Source of the DNA: Minisyncoccota bacterium
GTDB lineage: Bacteria; Patescibacteriota; Minisyncoccia; Phycocordibacterales; PALSA-1337
Assembly: GCA_041666915.1 (NCBI GenBank)
Contig: JBAYFZ010000001.1
Span: 73,086-137,085, forward strand
Direction of reading: 5' to 3'
DNA length: 64,000 nt
In this document: in pieces, positions 35,922 through 44,532 of the stretch
Layout: each line of letters starts with the position of its first letter
Position numbering within the stretch: the stretch's first letter is position 1
Notes under the pieces: model-generated
What the model was told of the DNA's origin: nothing
The model's input: the letters and a program-made list of their open reading frames with translations, nothing else
The model's database searches: none
Position numbers and translations under genes: made by a program

Positions 35922-38303
35922 ATGAATAATGAAGCAGTTCCTCAACCTTCCAATCGATTGGAATCAATCGGTTTTTGGGTTTTCTTAGCAACTATAGTCT
36001 TGGCACCACTTGCTTTTTGGCCTAGCCCTTACATCTCGCTTGATTTGGTAAAGACTTTTGTCATAGCTTTTGGGACAATAATCTCTGCTATACTTTTTAT
36101 CTTTATAGCTATAAAAGAGAGAAAATTGGTTTTACCACCAAAGAGTCTTACGCGAACAAGTGTTCTCGTTGTGGTGTCATTGATAGTATCTTCATTACTT
36201 AGTATTCAAGTAGCAAAGTCCTTATTTGGACAAGGTTTTGAAATTGGTAACGCTAGCTTCATTATACTTATGTTCTTGGCAGGTCTAACCGCTTTTACCA
36301 TAATCTCACGTCAAAAAGATCGTGCCATAGTTCTTTATGTAGGAATAGTCGCTTCTTATATTGTTGTCTTTATATTCCAATTACTCCGAGCTATATTCGG
36401 TCCACAGTTTATGACTTTTGGAATTTTTAGTTCAGCTACCTCATCTATGGTAGGTACTTGGTATAACTTGGGTACGTTCTCTATGCTCGTAGTTATTCTC
36501 TCATTGTTAGCTTTGTCATTGTTAAAACTCTCTTTTAAGATGAAAGTAGTTTATTGGGTATTGTTGGTACTTTCAGCGTTTGGAACTTTGGTCAGTGCTG
36601 GTTTCAAGACATGGCAGATGATCGCCACGATCATCTTACTTGGGCTTTCAGTATTTCTTTCTTTTGAGAAGTGGAAATCGGTTAGGAAATCAACCGTTGA
36701 GAGTAAAACCAAATCATTTTTCAAATCTCTAGCATGGATACCTGTCGTTTTGTTTATCATATCTGCAATATTCACATGGCAGATCCCAGGGATAATACAA
36801 CCAGCTGTTGCAAAATTAAGTGCAGGATATTCAGAATTAGTCCTACCATGGCAAATGACTCTTGATGTTAGTGCTTCTGCTATCCAAAATTATCCTCTAT
36901 TCGGTGTCGGTCCAAATCACTTCAATCAAGCTTTCTTGGCTTACAAACCGACTCAGATCAATACCACCAATTTTTGGGGAGCCGAATTCCAAAACGGTTT
37001 TGGTTTGATACCTACATTTGTCGCTACTCAGGGTTTGGTCGGAACAATCCTATGGATACTCTTGTTTGTCTTCTTTGGGATCTTATCGGTACGTATATTG
37101 AAGAAATTACCAGAAGAATCAGATGAGCGTTTTATGGTACTTTCTTCGTTCACTATGTCAGTTTTCTTGTGGTTGATCGCTATTGTATCGGTACCATCAC
37201 ATACTATTCTCTTCTTTGCTTTTGCTTTGACAGGTATATTCTTTGCTGTGTCGGCAACTGCAGGATCTAAGTCTTATTTACCGGTGGTTGGTTCAAAGAT
37301 GTACAAGATTTTCCCTTCAATCATGGCTGTCGTCGTACTTGTCTTGGTAGTCTGGGGTATTGTATATATGAAGAAAACTATTGCACTATCATATTTTGGT
37401 AGTGGAGTAAAAGAACTAACTGTGAGCGGTAACGCAGAAAAAGCCAATGCTTATTTTACAAAAGCAATAAAGTTTGATGAATCAGATATATATTGGAGAG
37501 CAAAAGTTGAGACAGCTTTAGCTTCTGCTCAAAAGTTGGCCGCTACGGTAAATTCAACGACTCCAGCTTCAACTACTCAGGCAGTGGTAGTACAGATAGG
37601 CAATGTTTTAAATCAAGGCTTGATTGATGCTAGAAAAGCTATAGCTTTTGATTCTACAAATTATTACAACTATCTATCCGAGGCTCGTATTTCTGAGGCC
37701 ACTGCAGATATTCAAATAAAAAGTGGATATGAGAATGCTATCAAAGCCTACAATTCTGCTATAAATATGAATCCGTTCAACCCTTCTATTTATCTTTCTT
37801 TGGCAAGTTTTGAAGCAAGACAAAAGAAGTATGATGATTCTATTAGAGATTTGGGCAAAGCTCTTCAAGTAAAAAATAATTATCTGGATGCAATATTCTT
37901 GCTTTCACAGGTCTATGCCGCCAAGGGTGATATTGTCAACGCCGTTACAGCTGCCAAAGTTGCTGTTGAACTCAATCCTCAAAGCCCTCAACTTTTGTTC
38001 CAGCTCGGAATTTTGGATTACAATATCAAGGATTATGCTGGAGCGGTACAAGCACTTGATGGGGCAGTCAAAATTCAGAAAGATTATGCCAATGCCAAAT
38101 ATTTCCTAGGTTTATCTTATGCACGCTTAAACAATATTGTCGGCGCTGTCTCACAGTTTGAAGATCTAGCAAGAACAAATCCAGAAAATCAAGAAGTTGC
38201 TCTTATATTGGCCAATCTGAAAAATGGCAAGTCTATCTTTGCTGATGCAAAAGCTTCTGCTCCAGAAAAGAGAGCAAGCCTACCTATCAAAGAGAAGAGA
38301 TAG
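35922..38303 (+). CDS. O-antigen ligase (Wzy_C/WaaL-like) polytopic membrane domain fused to a C-terminal TPR-repeat domain
   Basis: More than 10 TM helices. NYPLFGVGPNHFNQAF motif of O-antigen ligase-like proteins. C-terminal repeated TPR-like units (YLDAIFLLSQVYAAKGD..., YANAKYFLGLSYARLNN...). Confidence 0.6.
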   Translation: MNNEAVPQPSNRLESIGFWVFLATIVLAPLAFWPSPYISLDLVKTFVIAFGTIISAILFIFIAIKERKLVLPPKSLTRTSVLVVVSLIVSSLLSIQVAKSLFGQGFEIGNASFIILMFLAGLTAFTIISRQKDRAIVLYVGIVASYIVVFIFQLLRAIFGPQFMTFGIFSSATSSMVGTWYNLGTFSMLVVILSLLALSLLKLSFKMKVVYWVLLVLSAFGTLVSAGFKTWQMIATIILLGLSVFLSFEKWKSVRKSTVESKTKSFFKSLAWIPVVLFIISAIFTWQIPGIIQPAVAKLSAGYSELVLPWQMTLDVSASAIQNYPLFGVGPNHFNQAFLAYKPTQINTTNFWGAEFQNGFGLIPTFVATQGLVGTILWILLFVFFGILSVRILKKLPEESDERFMVLSSFTMSVFLWLIAIVSVPSHTILFFAFALTGIFFAVSATAGSKSYLPVVGSKMYKIFPSIMAVVVLVLVVWGIVYMKKTIALSYFGSGVKELTVSGNAEKANAYFTKAIKFDESDIYWRAKVETALASAQKLAATVNSTTPASTTQAVVVQIGNVLNQGLIDARKAIAFDSTNYYNYLSEARISEATADIQIKSGYENAIKAYNSAINMNPFNPSIYLSLASFEARQKKYDDSIRDLGKALQVKNNYLDAIFLLSQVYAAKGDIVNAVTAAKVAVELNPQSPQLLFQLGILDYNIKDYAGAVQALDGAVKIQKDYANAKYFLGLSYARLNNIVGAVSQFEDLARTNPENQEVALILANLKNGKSIFADAKASAPEKRASLPIKEKR

Positions 38304-38331
38304 TAATAAAGTGTGTTAGAATGGTTCTACT

Positions 38332-40011
38332 ATGGTAAAGCGTTGGTTTTCTTTTATAGGACAAGAAATACGCGGCCTGCATGAGGCCGCTTATCTCTTG
38401 GCTATATTTGCAATGCTTTCACTTGTCCTCGCTCTTGTTCGTGACAAACTTTTGGCTTTCACTTTTGGTGCAGGACATTCTCTAGATGTATACTATGCCG
38501 CTTTTCGTATTCCAGATCTTATCTTTGCTACCATCGGTTCTCTGGTCTCAGCTTCAATACTCCTACCGTATTTTATAGATAGATTTGAATCATCAAAAGA
38601 AAAAGGTAAATCATTTTCAGATGGTATCTTCACCGTATTTTTTGGTGGAATGATAATTACTAGTGCGGTTATATTTTTTATAGCACCTTGGATTATTCCG
38701 AAAGTCCTACCTGGTTTTGCTAATGATCCATCTCTGCCAGACCTGATAGTTTCTATGAGAATAATGCTTTTGTCGCCTTTCTTCCTTGGTCTATCAAATC
38801 TGTTTTCTAGTCTTACTCAAATGCGTTATCGTTTTCTGGTTTATGCTTTGAGTCCAGTTGTCTACAATGCAGGTATTATCGTTGGCGTTATGTTTGGTTA
38901 TCCTGTATTTGGTATTTCCGGTTTGGCAGTAGGTGTAGCTATAGGAGCATTTTTACACATGGGTATACAGGTTCCATTTATGATTCATGAGAGGTTGTTA
39001 CCAGTATTTACTTTTAAAATCAATTGGTTGGATATAAAGAAAATAGTTACTACATCTCTACCAAGAACTATTACTTTATCAGCCAATCAGTTGGCATCGT
39101 TTATTTTAGTTTCTCTGGCATCTCTGATGGCTACTGGGTCTATATCAATATTTAGTTTTGCTTTCAATCTTCAATCAGTTCCACTGACTTTGATTGGTGC
39201 TAGTTATTCTTCAGCAGTTTTTCCTACACTTTCACGTTTGATTTTCAAGGGTAATATTGTTGAATTTAGATCAAAGATGATTGCTGCGGCGCAACATATT
39301 ATTTTCTGGTCTATGCCGTTAACAGTTTTGTTCATAGTTCTACGTGCGCAGATAGTGAGAACAATATTAGGTGCAGGAAAGTTTGATTGGGCCGATACTA
39401 GGATGACAGCAGCAATGTTGGCAATATTTACATTTTCTACGATTGGTCAAAGCCTCGTAATTCTTTTTGTTCGTGCTTTTTATGCAGAAGGAAAGACTGC
39501 CAAACCACTTCTCATAAATATCGTCTCTGCTTCATTCATGGTCTTTTCTGGTTTTGTCTTGTATCGTCTTTATGATATTTTCCCAATCTTTAGATTCTTC
39601 ATTGAAGATTTGCTCAAAGTCGGTGGTCAGACAGGTACAAGTGTTCTAGTCCTAGCTATAGCATTTAGTCTTGGTACTGTTTTGAATACCATTCTCCATT
39701 GGTGGACTTACGAACGCACTCACCCTGGTTTTACTAGACCAGTCTTCGCCACTTTGTTCCATAGTTTTGCCGCGTCAGTTATCATGGGTTATGTAGCTTT
39801 CCTTAGTCTGCGTCTCTTTGCTCTAGTATTTCCGTTGACAAAAGTTTGGGGACTATTTTTACAAGGATTCTGTGCCGGCATAATGGGGCTTATTGTCTTG
39901 GTACTTGTACTCAAAATCCTAAAGAATAAAGAGTTGGAAGACGTTATAACGACTCTTCATCGTAAGATTTGGAAGACTAATGTTCCTCCTGCAGAAGTGG
40001 AGCATATATAG
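38332..40011 (+). CDS. murJ: lipid II flippase MurJ (MviN family)
   Basis: 14-TM MOP-superfamily topology. N-terminal FGAGHSLDVYYAAFRIPDL motif typical of MurJ. Confidence 0.7.
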   Translation: MVKRWFSFIGQEIRGLHEAAYLLAIFAMLSLVLALVRDKLLAFTFGAGHSLDVYYAAFRIPDLIFATIGSLVSASILLPYFIDRFESSKEKGKSFSDGIFTVFFGGMIITSAVIFFIAPWIIPKVLPGFANDPSLPDLIVSMRIMLLSPFFLGLSNLFSSLTQMRYRFLVYALSPVVYNAGIIVGVMFGYPVFGISGLAVGVAIGAFLHMGIQVPFMIHERLLPVFTFKINWLDIKKIVTTSLPRTITLSANQLASFILVSLASLMATGSISIFSFAFNLQSVPLTLIGASYSSAVFPTLSRLIFKGNIVEFRSKMIAAAQHIIFWSMPLTVLFIVLRAQIVRTILGAGKFDWADTRMTAAMLAIFTFSTIGQSLVILFVRAFYAEGKTAKPLLINIVSASFMVFSGFVLYRLYDIFPIFRFFIEDLLKVGGQTGTSVLVLAIAFSLGTVLNTILHWWTYERTHPGFTRPVFATLFHSFAASVIMGYVAFLSLRLFALVFPLTKVWGLFLQGFCAGIMGLIVLVLVLKILKNKELEDVITTLHRKIWKTNVPPAEVEHI

Positions 40012-40052
40012 TGTTAATATCTTTTATATAATATTTTTGCTATATTCAAAGA

Positions 40053-41882
40053 ATGAATCAGACCTTTATACGCAATTTCTCCATAATAGCGCACATTGAT
40101 CACGGTAAATCAACCTTGGCTGATAGAATGCTGGAAGTAACTGGTACTATTGAAAAGCGTAAAATGCAGGATCAGGTTCTGGATTCTATGGAATTGGAAA
40201 GGGAAAGAGGGATCACTATCAAGATGCAACCAGTTCGTATGAAATGGAAAGTTGATGGTCAGGAATATATCATGAACCTTATTGATACTCCTGGACATAT
40301 AGATTTCTCTTATGAAGTGTCACGTTCTCTGAAGGCTGTAGAAGGCTCTATTCTCCTCGTTGACGCTACTCAAGGTGTTCAAGCACAGACATTAACCACT
40401 TTGAATATGGCTAGGGAAGCTGGGCTAAAGATTATCCCTGTTGTAAGTAAGATTGATTCACAATTGGCAAGGACAGACGAAGTTGTTACAGAGGTCTGTC
40501 AGCTTCTTGGTTGTGAAGTAAGTGAAGTCATAAAAGTCTCTGGTAGGACCGGTGAGAATGTTCCACATCTTTTGGATGAAGTCGTAAAGAGAGTTTCTCC
40601 ACCAGGAGGTAATACTGGACATAATTCAGGTGAACATAGTGAATCTGTTCAATCTAATGTTTTTTGTTCTCTAGTTTTTGATTTTCAATATTCCAATCAT
40701 ACGGGTGTTATAGTTTTCGTCCGTGTTATCAGTGGTTCAGTTAGTAGACGTGAACGCTTGGTTTTCAAAGTCGCTGGAAGGGAATTTGACGCTATAGAAG
40801 TTGGTATTTTTGCCCCAGCTAATACTCCTACGGAGACTTTGGGGGCTGGAGAGATAGGTTATATCGTCACTGGCATCAAAGAGCCCGGTATCGCTTCTGT
40901 TGGAGATACTGTCGCTTCTGTCCGCGATACCTTGCCACCTTTGTCTGGTTATCAGAGTCCTCATCCAGTAGTTTGGGCTTCTCTGTATCCAGAAAGTCAG
41001 GACGATCTTTCTTTGCTACGTCAGGCTCTCGGTCGTCTACAATTGTCTGATTCGGCTTTTACGTATGAAGAAGAGGTTTCTGGAACTTTGGGCAAAGGCT
41101 ATCGTTGTGGTTTCCTAGGAATGTTGCATTTGGAAATAGTAACCGAACGTTTGCGCCGTGAATTTAAATTGGAACTGGTCGTCACTCAACCAAGTATTAC
41201 TTATAATATTGAACTTAAAAATGGTAAAAAGTTAACCGTGTATTCACCAGCTCTTTTTCCAGAAGATCATGAAGTTAAAGAGATTTCAGAACCTATTGTG
41301 ACAATGAAGATTATCACACCTCCTCTGTACTTGAATGGTTTGATGAAATCTTTGTACGATCATGAAGCCGAAGTTATCTCTACGGAAAATTTTGGAGATA
41401 ATAGGACGATGGTTATTTTGGAAATGCCACTTCGAGAACTCATGCGCAATTTCTTTGATGAGATCAAGAGTATTTCTTCCGGTTACGCTTCTATTTCTTA
41501 TGATATAACTGCCGAACGTTCGGCTGATGTTGTACGTCTGGATGTTTTGGTTGCTGATGAGCCAGTCATCGCTTTCACTAGAGTAGTCTCACGTCGTCGT
41601 GCAGAGATGGAAGCTATAACGATGGTTGATAAGTTGAAAGAGATTATGCCAAGAGAATTGTTTACTTACAAGATCCAAGCCAAAGCACTTGGTCGCATCA
41701 TTTCTTCATGTTCTGTCTCCGGTAAGAAAAAAGATGCTGCGGGCACGCTCTCTGGTGGAGATATAACGAGAAAGATGAAGCTTCGTGAGAAACAAAAAGA
41801 AGGACGTAAGCGCCTCAAGGAACATGGTTCCGTCATCATTCCTCAAGAAGTTTTTGTGAAGATAATGAGGAGTGGGGAGTAA
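40053..41882 (+). CDS. lepA: translation elongation factor 4 (LepA)
   Basis: NFSIIAHIDHGKSTLADR G1, DTPGHIDF, SKID, and the LepA-specific C-terminal domain. Confidence 0.9.
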   Translation: MNQTFIRNFSIIAHIDHGKSTLADRMLEVTGTIEKRKMQDQVLDSMELERERGITIKMQPVRMKWKVDGQEYIMNLIDTPGHIDFSYEVSRSLKAVEGSILLVDATQGVQAQTLTTLNMAREAGLKIIPVVSKIDSQLARTDEVVTEVCQLLGCEVSEVIKVSGRTGENVPHLLDEVVKRVSPPGGNTGHNSGEHSESVQSNVFCSLVFDFQYSNHTGVIVFVRVISGSVSRRERLVFKVAGREFDAIEVGIFAPANTPTETLGAGEIGYIVTGIKEPGIASVGDTVASVRDTLPPLSGYQSPHPVVWASLYPESQDDLSLLRQALGRLQLSDSAFTYEEEVSGTLGKGYRCGFLGMLHLEIVTERLRREFKLELVVTQPSITYNIELKNGKKLTVYSPALFPEDHEVKEISEPIVTMKIITPPLYLNGLMKSLYDHEAEVISTENFGDNRTMVILEMPLRELMRNFFDEIKSISSGYASISYDITAERSADVVRLDVLVADEPVIAFTRVVSRRRAEMEAITMVDKLKEIMPRELFTYKIQAKALGRIISSCSVSGKKKDAAGTLSGGDITRKMKLREKQKEGRKRLKEHGSVIIPQEVFVKIMRSGE

Positions 41883-42345
41883 TGGGGGTGGTGGTGGATG
41901 AGGTTTTTGAAGATTGGTGGATGGTGGAGATTTTATAATTTCTCATAAGTTAAGGGTTGATTATGGTTTAGGTGAGTTTTTTCGTCTTGTGGCGTTTTAC
42001 GGAGACGGAGAAGGTTGCGACATTTGTTTCTGTTGTCGGTCTAATTGGCGAATTCATTGATTTTGCAGATGTTGTGGACGTAGGACATGCTCACACACCT
42101 CTTTTTTGTTACATTAAAAATGTGACGGATTTTTCGTCACTTTTCTGATGTTTAAAATTTGTGCGCAGGCGTGGCAGTGTCATTTTTATTACATCAGAAA
42201 AACGTCGAACTTTTCGACGTTTTTGATGAAGTTGTGATTTGTGAAGGTATCGGATGTTTAAGTGTTCTTGTTTTGATTGTGACCCTCCCCCCTAGGGGGG
42301 AGGGGGGACTGTGTTCGTACTTATCTAATCAATACCCCGGGGTAT
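41883..42345. repeat. GT-skewed repeat element, copy 1, ending in palindromes CCCTCCCCCCTAGGGGGGAGGG and ATACCCCGGGGTAT
   Basis: Extreme G+T bias on the + strand with almost no C. Perfect 10-bp-arm palindrome 42283-42307 and palindrome 42332-42345. Contains two A/T-flanked hairpins (42129-42158, 42215-42241). Confidence 0.55.
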
Positions 42346-42559
42346 CAAAATGAAATTCAATATTCAACAATAGAAAAGGCCCATCATTAAAAGTGAATTT
42401 TTACACTTAAATAAATATAGTAAATACTTATCTCCAAACTGGGAAATAGAGTAGGATCATACTCACAATAACGAGAGCTCCCACTACCATAAAGCCAACA
42501 CTTACGGCCTTTTTTGTTTTTTCATGAAATAAAAGCATGAATCTAGTATACTGTGAGAT

Positions 42560-42964
42560 ATGAAATACGGCAACCAATCAATCTGGAAGAAGCTCATATC
42601 GTCCCCGATAACCCTCCTCGGTTTCCTTATCCTATTTTTCTTCTTATTCAGAGCTGCTTGGAGTGTCCACGAGAAAGCCGTCTTGAGTGAACTTAAACTT
42701 AAAACTGCTCAGATAGAATTAAATAAACTAGAGGCACATCAGAGAGACTTATCAAACCAGATTGGTTATCTTTCTACTGAGCAGGGTATTGAAGCAGAGT
42801 TGCGCACAAAGTATAGGGCAGTCAAAGAAGGTGAGTTGGTCGCTGTTATCGTTGATAACAATCAAAACGTTGCAAACATTTCTGCTGTGACAGCGACAAC
42901 AACTGCAACTACTACCGAATCCAATGGTTGGGGTAGGAGATTATTGCGAATGTTTGGTCTTTGA
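42560..42964 (+). CDS. FtsB/DivIC-like septum-formation protein candidate (TM plus coiled coil)
   Basis: N-terminal TM, heptad coiled coil LKLKTAQIELNKLEAHQRDLSNQI, then a T/A-rich tail. Confidence 0.4.
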   Translation: MKYGNQSIWKKLISSPITLLGFLILFFFLFRAAWSVHEKAVLSELKLKTAQIELNKLEAHQRDLSNQIGYLSTEQGIEAELRTKYRAVKEGELVAVIVDNNQNVANISAVTATTTATTTESNGWGRRLLRMFGL

Positions 42965-42970
42965 GAATAA

Positions 42971-43041
42971 GCGGGTATGGTTTAGTGGTAGAATGCGACC
43001 TTCCCAAGGTTGAGACGCGAGTTCGATTCTCGCTACCCGCA
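42971..43041 (+). tRNA. tRNA-Gly (anticodon CCC)
   Basis: Acceptor GCGGGTA/TACCCGC, anticodon stem CGACC/GGTTG with loop TTCCCAA, T-arm GCGAG-TTCGATT-CTCGC. Confidence 0.8.
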
Positions 43042-43106
43042 CAACGACACGTTTTTTATTTTCATGACATATTGAAATATTTTTTGTAGGTGAGAAAATA
43101 TCATCT

Positions 43107-43502
43107 ATGAAAAATGATTTTAATAAATGGAATGAAATAAAAAAACAGATAGAAACTGACACGTGTAAATCAGAGTATTTTCCGCAGGTTGGCGAAGTAT
43201 GGATGTCTACAGTTGGTAGGAATATTGGCTATGAGCAAAATGGCAGCGGCGAGAACTTCTCTCGTCCGGTACTTGTTGTTAAGAAATTCAACAATAAGAT
43301 GTTTTGGTCAGTACCACTCTCTACGAAACAGAAAAGTTTAGATTTCTATTACAATTTTGTCGATCCACAAAGTAATAAGGTTTCTGCAATCTTAGCTCAG
43401 ATGAGGCTTGTGAGCGTGAAAAGATTAAACAGAAAGTTATATGACATGTCACCTATAGGTCTACAAAAAGTGAAAGCAGGATTGCGGGATTTTCTGGTAT
43501 AA
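43107..43502 (+). CDS. MazF/PemK-family toxin-like protein (no adjacent antitoxin ORF seen)
   Basis: VGEVWMSTVGRNIGYEQNGSGENFSRPVLVVKK...WSVPLSTKQ...VSAILAQMRLVSVKRL fits the PemK/MazF pattern. A terminator follows. Confidence 0.5.
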   Translation: MKNDFNKWNEIKKQIETDTCKSEYFPQVGEVWMSTVGRNIGYEQNGSGENFSRPVLVVKKFNNKMFWSVPLSTKQKSLDFYYNFVDPQSNKVSAILAQMRLVSVKRLNRKLYDMSPIGLQKVKAGLRDFLV

Positions 43503-43651
43503 ATCGAAACCCCGCCGTTAAGCGGGGTTTCTCGGAGCCTTTCGGCACTTTGTACAATACAGTATACAGGTATTTAGCTTAGAGTCAATTTACAGGATAG
43601 TTGCTCAACAGAGTCATAATACGACATATATTTGACGAAATAGTCAAAGTG

Positions 43652-43680
43652 TTGACAAATACACTGCACTATGTTATACT
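43652..43680 (+). promoter_or_regulatory. near-consensus sigma70 promoter TTGACA-17-TATACT, with an upstream palindrome TTGACGAAATAGTCAA (43632-43647)
   Basis: Exact -35 TTGACA, 17-nt spacer, -10 TATACT, about 100 nt upstream of the 43785 ORF. Confidence 0.55.
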
Positions 43681-43784
43681 TGTATCAGAAGGTTAAGAAC
43701 ATTGAGAACGGCTAAGTCTAGCTCCAAAAAGGTAAAAATTTGCCTTTTAAGAGCTAGATTTAACCAACAACAAACAACGAAAGG

Positions 43785-44009
43785 TTGAGTATGAATAAAA
43801 CTGAACTGTTTAATGTAGCAATGGTTGTAGCGGCACAAGCGACCAAGGCAGATCCATCACTTCAGTTCTATGTGGAGTCCCCGGATGGTGGATTCCTTCT
43901 CGTTAGCTCGAATGGGTGTTGCGGCCCTTTTAAGGACGCTCAGGATGATGAGACACGGAAGTTCTATCTCCTGGAAATCAAAGGTCTATCCAATCCCAGG
44001 AAGGTATAG
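43785..44009 (+). CDS. hypothetical protein (74 aa)
   Basis: ORF downstream of the consensus promoter, followed by a terminator hairpin (CCCCGCGGTC...GATCGCGGG + T-run). Confidence 0.4.
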   Translation: MSMNKTELFNVAMVVAAQATKADPSLQFYVESPDGGFLLVSSNGCCGPFKDAQDDETRKFYLLEIKGLSNPRKV

Positions 44010-44186
44010 TGGTCTGTCCACTCGGTCGAAAGCAACCGGAGCATAGGCTCGAAACTTTCATGGATTTTCCCCGCGGTCAGCAATGATCGCGGGTTTCTGT
44101 TTTATTAACCAAACTAAACCAAAACAACCCCTTTCGGGATTGTTTTGACAGAAAAGGGCCTCTGTGAGGTCCATTATATTTTCTTA

Positions 44187-44423
44187 CTATTTTGACTTCA
44201 AGATTTCCTTGATCCTAGACTCATCGAACCCTACGACTACTTCTCCTCCGATATCAATGACTGGTACGCCCATTTGTCCGGTTTTGTCGATCATTTCCTT
44301 GCGCTTGGCAAGATCTGTTGCGACGTTATGTTCGGTAAAAGGCATAGAGTTGGCTGAGAAAAAATTCTTGGCCAATCCGCAATACACGCAAGTTGGTGTT
44401 GAATATATTGTTATGTTCTTCAT
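44187..44423 (-). CDS. glutaredoxin-family redoxin (NrdH/Grx-like, CVYC active site)
   Basis: ITIYSTPTCVYCGLAKNFF...GVPVIDIGGEVVVGFD thioredoxin-fold signature; 78 aa. Confidence 0.75.
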   Translation of the reverse strand: MKNITIYSTPTCVYCGLAKNFFSANSMPFTEHNVATDLAKRKEMIDKTGQMGVPVIDIGGEVVVGFDESRIKEILKSK

Positions 44424-44532
44424 TTTATTTTTTAATAGGTGCTTATAAATTATGCGTTTCGCTGGAACGCATAGGCGTTTGTTATTTTGTCATTAATATA
44501 ATAGCATAACGTGTTATAATCTAGCAACATAT

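Noticed and set aside
41883-41945. Tiny ORF MGVVVDEVFEDWWMVEIL directly after the lepA stop codon, and minus-strand ORFs 47344-47615 inside the second GT-skewed element
   Set aside because: The translations are composition artefacts of the extreme GT/CA skew (G/V/W-rich or H/P-rich). There are no ribosome-binding sites.
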